From assembly GCA_964106915.2 (NCBI GenBank), contig OZ066914.1: DNA of 64,000 nucleotides; one strand, given 5' to 3'. The position numbers and the translations under genes are program-made. How positions within the stretch are numbered: the first letter of the stretch is position 1; each line of letters starts with the position of its first letter. Under the pieces are notes generated by a model. That model saw nothing but the letters and a program-made list of their open reading frames with translations, made no database searches and had not been told where the DNA came from. Positions 51,280 through 63,835 of this stretch are shown here, in pieces. The DNA is from Podarcis gaigeae (taxonomy: Eukaryota).

Positions 51280-52060
51280 GGGCTCGTGCGCTCCCTTGCT
51301 TTGCAGTCCTAAATATCCAAGGAAGAAAGGGAAGTTTGTGATTGTGATGTTTGACCGCGCGATTATTTGCACGAGGCATAACTCTATGCTCCCTGTCCCT
51401 GACTCGGGAGTAGTCCTGCTTGTTTCAATGAGTTTCGCGCGCACAAGATTGCCGCCCGCAACTCCAAACGGGGCTCAGGGCGCCCCTGCCTCTCTCATTT
51501 CTCGCCTTGTGAGGGAAGAAGCGCCAAGGCGGCTCCTTTAAAAGGCGTGCGCCACGCGGCTCCTGAGCCGCAGTTTTCACTTCCGAGTTGAAGCAGATCC
51601 GGTTTGCAGAGGGAAAACGAGGGCACGAGCGCGAGTCACTGACAAGGTGGGAGGGGAGACCGAGAAGCAGCCTGCGCGCCCCCCGCCCGCCCCGCGCTCT
51701 CCCCCTTGCCCTGGAGTCTTTGGGGCAGCTGTCACGCGCCTCTGATTAAGCGAGCGCGGGGCGGGGAGCGAGCCGCTTCGGGCTCCTGCGCTAAAGAGGC
51801 GAAATGCGGGAAGGAAGATCCCTGGGCTGCTTTGTAATTCGGGTGCAATTCCGTCTTGCTTTCCGCGGGCGGCCGCCTTATTTAAGACTGGCGGGGGGTC
51901 GGGGGTGGACTGCGGACGCCTGCGTCCTTCCTGTCGCGTTTCATCTCCATTTATTCTCTCTGCACCCTCGTCGGCATCCGACACTTTCTCCCTTCCTGAT
52001 AGGCTTTGTGTCGGTTGAGTTCCACGTATGCACTCCCAGTTCACAAGCCACGTTCGCTCT
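51280..52060 (+). promoter_or_regulatory. CHID1: CHID1 CpG-island promoter
   Basis: CpG-dense; E2F-like TTTCGCGC at 51433; ETS motif CACTTCCG at 51578; about 5 kb upstream of the first CHID1 coding exon. Confidence 0.75.
51578..51646 (+). other. CHID1: Probable non-coding exon 1 of CHID1 (start approximate)
   Basis: AAG|GTGGGA donor after 51646 inside the CpG island; the first coding exon has its own acceptor, so an upstream exon is required. Confidence 0.45.
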
Positions 52061-52277
52061 TCTGTAGCAGCTGCCACCCCTTCAGCTTGGGACGGGCAAT
52101 CAGCCCCCCCCCCATGAGACCAGATGAAGCGACTGCCACCCCTCTTCCCATTCTCGATATAAATCTTCCCTCATCCCATCCTCCATGGTGGGGAGCAGGG
52201 GACCATTTGGGAGTCCATCTCAGGTGCCAAAGTGTCTTGGGCCAGCCCTGCTCACAATTACTGAAGTAATGAAATAA

Positions 52278-52919
52278 ACAGAGCCCTGTTGCTGGATCAG
52301 GCCAAAGGCCTGTCTAGTTGGACAATCGGTTCTAAGAGTGGGCGGCTATCCGATGCCTGTGGGAGGCTGGCAACTCGCTTGGTGATTCCCAGCAGCAGGT
52401 ATCTAGTGGTATACCTGTACTGCTTCTGGTCCTGGAGGTAATGCACACAGCTATCACAACTTGATAGCTTTCTTGAATTTGTCCAACCCTGTTTTAAAGC
52501 CGTTGAGATCTTTCACTATACCTAGTGGGCACAAATGCCATAGTTTAACCATGCTCTGTGTGACGTACTTTTGTCTCTCCTTGAACTTCCATCATGCAGC
52601 TTCATGGATTGCTCCTGGGTTCGACTATTATGGGAGAGGGAGATTACACATAGGAGAATTGTCAGAACCCCATGATAATTATGGTTGCCCTGAACTGGAC
52701 AAAGTATTCCAAGTGCAGTTGCACCATAAATTTGTATAATGGCTTTATTATTATGTTTACAGTTTTATTTTCAGTCCCTTTCCTAATGATCCCTAGCATG
52801 AAATTTGCCTTTTTCATGGCTGCCATGCACTGGGCAAGCATCTTAATATAGCTATCCACCATGTTTCTAATTTCTCTTACCTTGTCAGTCATTATCAGTC
52901 AAGACCCCACACTCATGTT

Positions 52920-52994
<75 letters not shown>

Positions 52995-53340
52995 TGGCTT
53001 TTTGCTCCAATGCACATCACTTCACAGTTATACATTGAATTGCATTTGTCATTTTAATATCCATTGACCCAGTGGGGAGAGCTCCTTTTGGAGCACCTTG
53101 CAATCCCTTTTTGTTTCAAACACAGTGAACAATTTGGCATTTCCAAACAAAGCCACCAGAATGCTTACCCCTAAGTCCAGATCATTAATGATGAACAAGT
53201 TAAAGAAGTGCAGGTCACAGTATCAATCCTTGAGGAGACCCTACTTTTTACACCCCTCACTCTGTCCATATGCTTTTTGACACACTCGGAGAACTCAAAA
53301 AAGTTAGTGAGGCAGAACTTGTCCTCACAGAAGCCATGAT
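52278..53340 (-). mobile_element. CR1 LINE fragment, internally deleted, with (GT)n(GA)n inside
   Basis: KKANFMLGIIRKG..NK, HLEYFVQF, HGFCEDKFCLTNFFEF; CR1-type 3' UTR. Confidence 0.8.
52929..52990. repeat. (GT)n(GA)n microsatellite
   Basis: Direct reading. Confidence 0.95.
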
Positions 53341-54147
53341 GTAAAGGCAGGTGAAGTGAGAGGAATAAGGTTTCCCACTTTGCCTGCAGAGATAACTGTG
53401 AGGGGAAAAGACACTTGGAGTGAAGCAACAATGTGATTAAGGCTGCAGTCTCATGCACACTTATTTGAGAGTAAGTCCCCATTGAACTAGTAGACCTGCA
53501 TAGGATTACCCTGTAAGAGTAAAGTCTCTGTGGAAAAGTGTTCATGAATAATATTTTGAATGCGGCTGCTGGGTTGGTGAGTGGGGCAGCCTGATGGCAC
53601 CGTATTTCACTGGTCCTGAGAGCACTGCTGCACTAACTGCCAGTGAGCTGCCGGACCCAATTTATTGTTGTTAGCTGCCTTGGGTGTGATTCATGGTAAG
53701 GTGAGAGATGAATATGTATAACAAATCCATTCAGCAAAATCCTAATGGATTTTGTTCTCAGGCATAATTTGTTGTTCTTGGATTGTTCACTGTCAAATAA
53801 CTAAATTCATCCTGTCTGGCCCCAATATTATCTCTCAGCCTAAACTTCTGTTTTCAGATGCCTTGTTTATCTGTTTACTGAAGTGTATGTACATTAGTAA
53901 CAATTACAAAACATTCTGAAAGTGTAGGGGAACATCATCTGTGGGCTGTCTAGAATGCATTTCTGTGGTGGGCAATGGAATAGGAATAAACATTAATCAT
54001 GTCGAGTTTGGGCATGGACCTCTGCTTGCACAATGGAACTTCCCCAACCCCAATCTATTCTCTGCAAAGGTGGAGGAAGATGAAGTTCTGGTGCATGAAC
54101 ACCAGCTTTCTAGGTTCCTATTCTTAGCTTTCTATGTCACTTTCTAT

Positions 54148-54421
54148 GAGAGCCAGTGTGGTGTAGTGGTTAAGAGCCGGGTTCGCTTCCCCGTTCCTCC
54201 ACATGCAACTGCTGGGTGACCTTGGGCCAGTCACACTTCTCTGAAGTCTCTCAGCCCCACTCACCTCACAGAGTGTTTGTTGTGGGGGAGGAAGGGAAAG
54301 GAGAATGTTAGCCGCTTTGAGACTCCTTCGGGTAGTGATAAAGCAGGATATCAAATCCAAACTACTCTTCTTCTTCTTCTTCTTCTTCTTCTTCTTCTTC
54401 TTCTTCTTCTTCTTCTTCTTC
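54148..54421 (+). mobile_element. Squam3-like tRNA-derived SINE with (TTC)n tail
   Basis: GAGAGCCAGTGTGGTGTAGTGGTT A-box head, GGTTCG B-box, (TTC)n tail. Confidence 0.8.
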
Positions 54422-54618
54422 CTGTGCTTCCCATTCCCCCTCCCCCATAGAATTCTTGCTTTTCTCATTGGCAATTTCATGCATATTTAAAGTAAACTAA
54501 AACTCATGGGTTGTATCCAACAAAGGTGGTTCTTTAGTCTATCAAGCTTCATACTGTCTACAGACTTTCAGACAAGGGTGTTTCTCAGCCCCATATGTAG
54601 AGGCCAGGGGTTACACTG

Positions 54619-54810
54619 GAACATAGGAAGCAGTCTTCTACCTAGTCAGGCCATTGCTCCACTAGCCCAATATTGTCTGCACTGACTGGCAGCAGCTGTC
54701 CTGGGTTTCAGACAGTTTTCTCATTGCTCTACTTAGAGATGCTGGGGATTGAACCAGAGACCCTGTGCATGCAAAACAGATGCTCCATCACTGAACTTCA
54801 GCCCTTCCCT
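54619..54810 (-). mobile_element. Old tRNA-headed SINE with CR1-like tail (related fragments near 16630-16745 and 56510-56610)
   Basis: Degenerate A and B boxes on the - strand; CTTCCTATGTTC tail. Confidence 0.6.
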
Positions 54811-55679
54811 GAATACTTCCATTGTTTTTAGATAATACACATGCAGGTGTATTGGAAAGGGCATTTCTACCTCTCCCATGAAGGAGACAATGTCTCTTTT
54901 GTAGTAATGTTTGAAATTGACATATTAGCATTTTTGTTAAAAAATTATTTTAAAAAATTAAACATCCGCTGACTTGCTAGATGGCACCTTTTTGCCAATC
55001 AGATTTTTATTTTTCATAATCGCCTTAATTAACTGATTAATCAGCTAACAGTTGCAAGTCTTCATTGAGTAGTATCTGATGCCCATAACAAAGTCAGGTT
55101 AGTCTGTTGCAGCAAAACCAACACTCTTATGGTACCTTCAAGGGCAACAAATGTAATTATTTCATTGATTTGTGACCAGGAGGGCTACGCAATTTCTGAG
55201 AAGAGGCTTTAAAGCTATTGAATTTGGCAAGCAAGCATGACAGGATAATTTGCAGCTAAAACAAGCTTGTTTTATTTATTAGTTGTATTATATGCTAAAG
55301 AGCAGATAAATTTTCTCCTTAGGCTAATGTTGGATACATTAAGGGCGGCCCTGGCATTCCCAGAGTAATGGCCTCTATAAATTTACCCCCGCCTCACCTA
55401 GTTTGCTTTGGATAAATTAGAATGTAAATACTTTGGAAGCAGGGTGGGCATTGCAACCACCACTAATAATATGTCTTAAAGAGTGCATTAGAGGCACCTT
55501 GTACAGTACATTTAGGAAAATTACAATCTGATGGGCTGTTTTGATACCAGTATTACACTATAGAAACTGCAGTTGTGTCCCATGTAGTGTAGGAGTTGCA
55601 GGCAAACATTCTTTCCTAACAATGACAAATGTTAATTTCCCCCCCATCAGCTGTTGTTGTTACTTTATAATTATTACAT

Positions 55680-56150
55680 TTATTACCCACCCTTCGCCAA
55701 TTAAATTTCTAAGCCACTCTTCATCCAGAGAACACAGGGCGGTTTACAATATAATCCCTCTCCCCACAAAATACCGTAATAACAAACAAAAACTTCATCA
55801 CCCCTCCCCAACAGTTTAAAAGGCCATAGATTGTTTAATTAATCAAAGGCCTGGGAGAAGAGGAATGTTTTTCCCCCCGGTGCCTAAATATATGGAACAA
55901 AGGTTCCAGGCAAGCCTCCTTGGGGAGAGCATTCCACAAGTGGGAAGCCGCCATAGAAATGGCCCATTCTCGTATTGGCACCCTCTGGATCTCTGGTGGT
56001 GGTGGGGCACATGAAGAAGGGTCTCAGATGATGATTGCAGAGTCTGGATCAGTGAATATAGGGAGAGGTGGTCCTTGATCTTAACAACTGGGAGGGTCTG
56101 TAGGGAAGGTGTTCTTTCATGTATTTGGGACCTAAGTCATTTAGGGTTTC
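55680..56150 (-). mobile_element. L2-like 3' fragment, same family as 32365-32750
   Basis: Shares GCCTCC..GGGAGAG.ATTCCACAA and GAAGAAGGGTCTCA.ATGATGAT blocks. Confidence 0.7.
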
Positions 56151-56733
56151 AGACACTAGATTGAGCACTAATAATAATAATAAGAAGAAGAAGAAGAAGA
56201 AGTAATAATTTTATTATTTATACTCCGCCCAACTGGCTGGCTTCCTCCTGCCATATTGAGCCCGGAAATGAACTGGCAGCCAATGCCAGCTAGCATTTCG
56301 GTTATGAATGTGCAAAGTTCCCTTAAAGCAGTAGAGGGGAGCCTGTGCATCAAGGGCCATATGCTATCCCCTACCTAAGTTAATGCATTTGGCAAGGAGG
56401 GGAATAACAGGGAAAGGGAACGGCAGAGAAAGGGGGCTCAGGGGTAAAGTGGGTCAACAACACTTGGAGGGTCACAGGTCTCCCCATCCCTGGTCTCCAT
56501 TCCACTGGCATTGGGTCTCTGTGGCAGACTCCCCTCCTCCTTTCACTGAGATCCATATTAAATTTACAGAACCTGCCATGCATGTGCTCTGCCACTGAAG
56601 AACATTCCTTTGGCAACAACTACTCTTCTTATTCTCAAGTAGGGTTGTCGTCTCACAACAAACTCCTTATTTTATTTTATTTTTCTCTTCCTCAATAAAG
56701 AAATTAGAGGTGACGGGCATAGCTCAAGCTGTC

Positions 56734-56847
56734 ATGAGATGGATCGCAGTCAGCCTTGTTGTGTTTGCCCTGGCTTCTCGGGTGGCTAATGCTACGTTGT
56801 CAAAGACAGATACCAAAAAAGCTGCCTCAAAAACTCTGGAGGAAAAG
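56734..56847 (+). CDS. CHID1: CHID1 first coding exon (MRWIAVSLVVFALASRVANA-TLSKTDTKKAASKTLEEK), includes signal peptide
   Basis: Similar to human TLSKSDAKKAASKTLLEK; polypyrimidine tract and AG at about 56700; GTAGG donor. Confidence 0.92.
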
Positions 56848-57309
56848 GTAGGAGAAGCTGCTTCATAGCTTGGAATTTTTGCAAAGATTCATATTGAACA
56901 CTCTGGTGGATTTTGTACTCTGACCTAGTGGTGTTAACATTTGCCTATAGGGTGACTGAATATTGCAAAAGTGAATTGGAGCCAAACTCCCTGAACTACA
57001 GTATCCCTGATTCATGTGTAAATTGGGTGGTGGGTATGACTCTAGTTTTAACATGGGGCTGGACTGGGGGGAAATGTGGGTGGGATGGTTGAGTTTCTTT
57101 CTCTTATCTACACACCCCTTTTCATACCCCATTCCACATCGTATTGTGCATGTGAATCAGGCATGATTAAACAAGACTGGCTGCTTCCATCATATCTGGG
57201 GTGCAATAAAATATGAATATATTTACAGTGGTATTTAGGAGTAGACTGCTTCTGAACATGGATGTTTTCTTTAGTTGTTATTAAATCTACAATAATGGTT
57301 TGTTGGCAG

Positions 57310-57459
57310 ACTCACTATTCAGATAAAAGAGTGCAAGACCGTGGCCTGGTTTCTACCGATTTAAAGACGAAGGATATTATCCTAGAGTACAAAAGCTACT
57401 GTGCCAAAAAAGCACGAGAACGACACTTTGGGGGAGATGTTTTGGGCTACATAACGCCT
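57310..57459 (+). CDS. CHID1: CHID1 coding exon 2 (THYSDKRVQDRGLVSTDLK...HFGGDVLGYITP)
   Basis: Within ORF 57262..57498; AG/GT boundaries; 150 nt. Confidence 0.95.
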
Positions 57460-58035
57460 GTAAGTACTGAGAAAATGAAAAAGTTGGGATGCAGCTAATT
57501 GTAGGAATGCTGGTATCTGTTGCATGGTTTGTGGCTTTGTGTGTATATACAGTATTTGGGTTTTCCCGCTCTCTCTTTCGAATAAAATTTGGGGCGTGAT
57601 CTACCATTAGACGGGGTAGGGTAGTTGCCTCAGGTGGCAGGTGCTTGTGGGCAACAGAGGCATCCTTCCCACCAAGCCCTTTCTTCCAAGCCACCTGGCT
57701 ATGCCCCATCCCCCTCTGTTGCAGAGCAGATCTGTGTGTGCCAATCATGTAATGAACCGTCTAAACTACCGTTGGGTACAATGCAGAGTACTTTTGGAGC
57801 TGTCAGTATTTAAGTAAACTACAACTGCCTCTCCAGTACATAAAAGTGGCCTAGGTGGTGCGGAACAAGGTCATCTTGTCCTTTGCCTCAAACTGCAAAA
57901 TATATTGGGCTAGCTGCTGGAAATGGAAGTTCTGAGCTGAAATTGGGACCATTGACCTCTTCCCTGCATTTAATACAATTCTAGGTGGTTTGTGATGGAT
58001 TTTGCTCTAATACCTTTTCCTCCTCCCTTTTCCAG

Positions 58036-58168
58036 TGGAACAGCCATGGCTATGACATTGCTAAGGTATTTGGAAGCAAATTTACGACTATCTCGCCAGT
58101 CTGGTTGCAGGTGAAGAGAAGGGGCAAGGAGAAGTTCCAGGTGACAGGGCTCCATGATGCTGACCAAG
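58036..58168 (+). CDS. CHID1: CHID1 coding exon 3 (WNSHGYDIAKVFGSKFTTISPVWLQ...GLHDADQ)
   Basis: Within ORF 57985..58203; 133 nt; weak donor GTTTTC. Confidence 0.95.
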
Positions 58169-58828
58169 GTTTTCTTTTGTGCTTGATATCCCATGCCCTA
58201 TGATCTGTGTCTAGAGCATTTGCTGTTTGGCTTTCCAGTGTTAACATGCATTTTGTGATGCTATACAATGCTTTCCTTCCATGGCAGAAAATTTGATAGA
58301 ATAACTGGATGCATTCTCTATAACACAAAAGTATGCTTTAACTCTGTCATAATCCACCATGTTGGCTTGAGCTAGGAACTCACAATTATAGCTCTGATGC
58401 TGAATTCATTCAGAGGCAAAAAGTATTCTGGCACCTTGAAGTTAAACAATTTATTGTGATGCGAGTCTTTTCAGGCCATTTTCTATTTCATTGGATGCAT
58501 GTAGTAGCAGACAATAAAAGCTAAGAGAGGTGCATATACAAGTGTGCGTGTTAACAGTGAATGCCTGAGAAATGTGGTAACTTCGATTTTCCTGTGCGAA
58601 GTCTCACCATCCATGAATTTTGAGAATATTTGCAGTCAGACACTCCTGCCTGGGATCTTCCCCCCATTAAAATATGTTTGGTATTTCTGCATACGGTGGG
58701 TTTTACCTGAGCATCTTGATATCTCTCACTTGTGTCTCGGTGATTGCATTTTGGCTCTGTTCCTGTTGAAACTCAACCATCTGAGACTGCTGTTAAAAGG
58801 AGCAAGTAGGCCTGCAACAAAATGTTGC

Positions 58829-59413
58829 TGTCATGGACGCAGAGGAATGGAGGGAGGAACCAGCTGGGGAACCACCAAGGGAAGAAGGCCTAGAGCCCCG
58901 GGAGAGGTGATGGGACAACAATAAGTGGTCAGACAGAGAAGACTGGGAAGAGATGTAGGAAGTGGAAGAAGTAACAGGGCTTGGTGAGCTGGGAGAGTCT
59001 GTAGCAGAGAGAAGAATCAGAAGCGTAAGCTGGTGAGTGGGACTGGAAAAGGCAGAGATGAGTCAGGCTGGTGAAGAGTGACATGTGTCTCCTGTTCCTG
59101 CTGCAACAAGCTCCACTCTCCCCTGTTTCCCAGAACTTGGAGATGCATGAAAAAGGTAGAGGAGAGATTGACTGCATGCAAGTGCAGTCTCCCATTGCTT
59201 GGGAAAAGCCCTGGAGAGGAGGAGGCAGACAGCTGTGGGGAGGCAGGGACCTTTAGTATCAGCAACTGATTTCATGATTTCATCCACCAGGAATGAGCTG
59301 CTGTGCTCATTAGGCATGACACTCATGCAAGTCAGTGGAGACCGTGTTTTTGCTAATAAAGAATTAACTCCAGCTTTAAACTATGTGATTACTGACAGGC
59401 ATGCTCTATGACA
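58829..59413 (+). mobile_element. Solo LTR in a CHID1 intron
   Basis: TGTCAT...ATGACA ends; TSD GTTGC/ATTGC; AATAAA at 59355. Confidence 0.78.
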
Positions 59414-60406
59414 ATTGCAGTAGGGAGTGCGCCTGTTCCAGTTTCCAGCCACTCCATTTCATTTCATTCCATTCCATTCCCTACCCCTCACTCCCCCATT
59501 TAGTCAGCAGTTCGTGTCCACAGAGTCTACTTGGTTTTTGGGCTTTGTTTCTCTCTCTCTAAAAGTGCTTTTGCACTTCTGCAGACTTGGGGTCCCCCTG
59601 CAAGTGTGCTGATACCTCCCGCATCTGAGTGTGATTCTGTTTTGGCTGCATTGTAGCAGTCTCCCCTAAAATGAACAGTGACACAAATGCATCTCTGAAT
59701 TCTCGGGTAGTCACAAAATTAGGCAGGGATTCTTGGCATTCATATGTGAATGTTGATATTTCCAAACTTCTACTGTAACATAAAATTTCCTACTCTTATA
59801 CAACACCCAATGGGGGAAAATACTGTTTTACAAATTGACACTGAGACATAATACAACTTAAAAACAGAGAATGTATGTGAGTCAACCTATTGAAATTAAG
59901 GAGATCCAGCCATTATTTGCTTATGCAGCCACAGCCAAGCATTTCCAGCTGGTGGTCAATTTGCATGATGCTGCATGTAAGATCATGTGTCTGTGGCGAC
60001 TTGGCAGTAAGCAATCCATCAGGCGCTGTAGGTTGGCCCAGTGGTACCCAGTGCTTGAAGGCTGATGCCTTGCAGTGAGGAACCTTGGTATGCTGCTTTC
60101 TGCTTTGAATAATCCCAAAGCTGTGTTAGTGTTTACCTTCCTGAAGGGGCCAAATGCAAAAATGACCAGGGTGAGTGGAGCACATGCGCATATGTGTTAC
60201 TCTGGGCTGGCAAAACATGGTTGCTTAATGATTAATACATCTTTGGTGGTGTAGAGACCATTGATTTTTATACCATGTTCTATGTAACCATTATTTCTTT
60301 GACAGTCACAGAGTAGAAAAATTATAAAAGACATATTTGTGTTTGAAAATGTGGCACTTTATGATTAGACAGGTTCATATTTGGTCTTCATGTTTTCTAT
60401 TAACAG

Positions 60407-60451
60407 GTTGGATGAAAGAAGTGAAGAAGAATGCCAAAAACATCAAAATAG
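60407..60451 (+). CDS. CHID1: CHID1 coding exon 4 (GWMKEVKKNAKNIKI)
   Basis: Similar to human GWMRAVRKHAKGLHI; AG/GT boundaries; 45 nt; phase compatible. Confidence 0.9.
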
Positions 60452-61306
60452 GTGACTTTGTAGAAAAGCTTCCATATTTTGCAGGGGTTGGGCTAGGTGA
60501 CCCTCAAGGCCCCTTCCAAGTCTACAGATCTATGATTTTTAGCTCCAATGGGCCTTTGCTCCCTATTGCCCTTGTGTCCTGCTTGCAGTCTTTCCATGGG
60601 CCTTTAGTTGGAAGACAAGCTGCTGAACCAGATCCAGTAGGGCTCTTAATGTTCGTAAATTTTGAAATGTGAGTCTGGCAAAATTAAACCCATTCTTGTA
60701 GGGCAACTTCGGAAGCATTAATTTTAATTGTGTCATACTATTTTGGGTTCCTGCACTCCTCTGCCTTAGCCAAATTGTCCCAGTCATTCTTTATAATGTC
60801 TGGGTCTGTTTTCCTGCTGGCTTTGTAGCTGGGAAATTGTAATCGACTGCTGGGGATTCACAACAAAATGCTGCCAGTGTTAACAGAAGTCAGCCTGGAA
60901 CAAGAATCTTGTAGTGCAGCTTGGGGATCACCAAGGTGGTGATGGAGGGATTTCAGGAATGGGGAAAGGAAAATTTACACCCCTCCTCCATTTCCTACCC
61001 TCCTGAAATCTCTTTCTCACTGATAGGTCCCAGACCACCCTAGTTGTACATAAGAGGAAATGCAGATCAAACTAGTTGGCAGGCTTTTCTTTTTTTAAAG
61101 CAAAGGAGTAGGCTTTCTGCCCTCTCTCTTTTTAGCACAACTGAGAAATTGTATTTTGCAAATCCCATATATCACACATTAAAGAGCAGCAGGGTAGAAT
61201 GAAGCCTCAGGTCTATCACCACTGTAAAAGCCCTGAGCAGGGGAAATGTGTGTGGACTCAGCTATGCAGCTGCAAATAAAATGTTTTAAGTGTGTTGTAA
61301 AGTATA

Positions 61307-61657
61307 GGGACGTGGGTGGCACTGTGGTCTAAACCACTGAGCCTAGGGCTTGCCGATCGGAAGGTCGGTGGTTCGAATTCCCTTGACAGGGTGAGCTCCC
61401 ATTGTTCGGTCCCAGCTCCTGCCAACCTAGCAGTTTGAAAGCATGTCAAAGTGCAAGTAGATAAATAGGTACCACTCCAGCAGGAAGGTAAACGGCGTTT
61501 CTGTGCGCTGCTCTGGTTCTCCAGAAGTGGCTTAGTTATGCTGGCCACATGACCCGGAAGCTGTACGCTGGCTCCCTTGGCCAGTAAAGCGAGATGAGCG
61601 CCGCAACCCCAGAGTCGTTCGCGACTGGACTTAACCGTCAGGGTCCTTTACCTTTAC
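61307..61657 (+). mobile_element. Sauria (Squam1) SINE
   Basis: Same family, full length. Confidence 0.88.
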
Positions 61658-62492
61658 AGTACAATATAAAATGTGGCACTAGATGGCAACAGTGAGCTAT
61701 GGCAATTTCAATGTATTTTTCAAAACTTTTTTTTGCATTTTCACATTTTTTAATATGTGAATTCCACCTCTGTGTGGGATGCTCAGCTGTGTCCTTTTTT
61801 TGTTTCACTAGCTCCATGATGTTGCAGTGGGCGGGCCCGGATCAGACCCCTTTCCACAAAATGGACCAGCATTGGATCCTTGGCTAGCCCCCCTCTGGCC
61901 TTTCAGCACCTCATTTCAGTGCCTTACACTGGCATCAGCTGTAGCTTCCTACCCACTTACACTTGTTGGGTTCTAATGTTTATCTTGCCCAGAAATCTGT
62001 TTCCCATGGAAAATTAATGGAAGAATATGTTCTTACACAAAATTTGCTTAGCTTCTCCTTTTTCCGCACCCCAAAATTTGAGGTGAAAGTGGCATGATTT
62101 GGAGCTTCAGTGCATATGGGCAGCCACATGGAGCTCCAAATGTTTATGCTGAAAGGGAGTGTTGGCCCTAAATTTGCTATACTTACAATAAAGGTTCCAC
62201 ATACCAGAGATGGAAGACTTGTGTCATCTAGATTTTGTTAGGACTGCAACTCATATCACCCCTGACCATTGGCCATGGTGACAGGGGCCGATGGAGTCCA
62301 GCAACAGCTGGTGGGGTCACAGTTTCTCCATCCTCATCATATATTTCCGCCTGAAGTACATTAATAAAGATAGAACAAGTTTTAGTAGTGGATAAGGGGT
62401 GGAATACATCTTTTGAGTGAGCATGCCACAGCAGTTTTCCTAATAGCATAGAAAATTAATGACTTTCTTTCTCCCTTTCTGTATTTTTTCAG

Positions 62493-62599
62493 TTCCACGA
62501 ATTTTGTTTGAAGGCTGGACTTACCATGACTTTGAGAGTGTGTTTGACAGTGAAGATGAGATAGAAGAGCTTTCCAGTAACCTAATCCAAATAGCCAAG
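62493..62599 (+). CDS. CHID1: CHID1 coding exon 5 (VPRILFEGWTYHDFESVFDSEDEIEELSSNLIQIAK)
   Basis: Manual translation; AG/GT boundaries; 107 nt. Confidence 0.95.
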
Positions 62600-62905
62600 G
62601 TATCTTAAGCCTACCTCTGAGAAATAAAGAGCCAGTATAATACCAGATATCAGTGTGGCTTTTAAAAATTGTCGATGACGTAAAATTGTCAATGACTGGC
62701 CTAGATGTCACAGACAGGTTTTATATATTACATATAGCAGTGAAGAAAGGAAGCTTCATTCTTAGGTGTGGAAGTAAGTTTGTAAATATGTTGTTTGTGC
62801 TCAATAGCATGTGGGTGAAAAGGAGGCGGGCTAAATGCTGGCATGTTTAAATTCAGGGGTTGTGAATTGTGTTTACATAAAAGATCCCTAGGTGACACAG
62901 TGCAT

Positions 62906-63176
62906 TTGTTGTTTAGTCGTGTCCAACTCTTTGTGACTCCATGGACCAGAGCACGCCAGGCACTCCTGTCTTCCACTGCCTCCTTCGGTTTGGTCAAACT
63001 CATGTTTGTAGCTTTGAGAACACTGTCCAACCATCTTGTCCTCCGTCATCCCCTTCTCCTTGTGCCCTCCATCTTTCCCAGCATCAGGTTCTTTTCCAGG
63101 GAGTCTTCTCTTCTCTTGAGGTGGCCAAAGTACTGGAGCCTCAGCTTCACGATCTGTCCTTCCAGTGAGCACTCAG
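62906..63176 (-). mobile_element. BovB 3' fragment
   Basis: EAVEDRSAWRALVHGVTKSWTRLN C-terminus and CAA tail; TSD CAGTGCAT. Confidence 0.88.
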
Positions 63177-63554
63177 TGCATACTGATACTTTATTTATTA
63201 TTTAATACACTATGATTGTAAAAAAAGACCTCAAAGCAATTTGATATGATACTGCATTGTATACATGGGCAGCATGGTTGTGTTTAAAACCCATAGACTT
63301 ATTTATAAAAACTGCATAAACAGCCATTTTACATGATGGTGTCCAGTTAAGCAAACTAATGAAATGACAACATAGCTTAAAACAAAATCAGCAAGCACAG
63401 GAATCTAATTAAAAGGTAAAACAGCAGCAGCAGCAGAAAAAGAATAACCCACACCTGATCAAAGCATTAAGAGACAAAGGCAGGATTCTTTTTGAGATGT
63501 CTAAACTTTCAACATCATCAAAAGTAATAACCACCATGATATTTGTTCAGAATA

Positions 63555-63738
63555 CAGTGGTACCTCCGGTTACGAACTTAATTTGTTCCGGAGGTCCGTC
63601 TAAACCTGAAACCGCTCATAACAGAAGGTGCGCTTTTGCTAATGGCACCTGCTGTGCTGCCGGCGCTCGACTTCCGCTCACATCCCTGTAACCTGCAGTG
63701 TTTGCAAGGAGGACAGTGCATAACACAAGGTTCCACTG
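63555..63738. mobile_element. Tigger-like MITE
   Basis: TA-CAGTGGTACCT ... AGGTTCCACTG-TA. Confidence 0.8.
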
Positions 63739-63773
63739 TAAATTTACAATCTCCAATGTTTTCATTATTCTAG

Positions 63774-63835
63774 AATGAGAATTTTGATGGCTTTGTGGCT
63801 GAAGTTTGGAGTCAGCTAGGAAATCAGAAGCAAAC
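63774..63835 (+). CDS. CHID1: CHID1 coding exon 6 (NENFDGFVAEVWSQLGNQKQ); degenerate GH18 motif; gene continues right of the window
   Basis: Manual translation; tag acceptor and GTAAG donor; 62 nt. Confidence 0.93.

Noticed and set aside
51161-52077. 126-aa and 166-aa ORFs at the CHID1 island
   Set aside because: CpG-island artefacts with no recognisable domain
54148-54200. tRNA-like A and B boxes
   Set aside because: SINE head, not a tRNA gene; internal deletion and no cloverleaf
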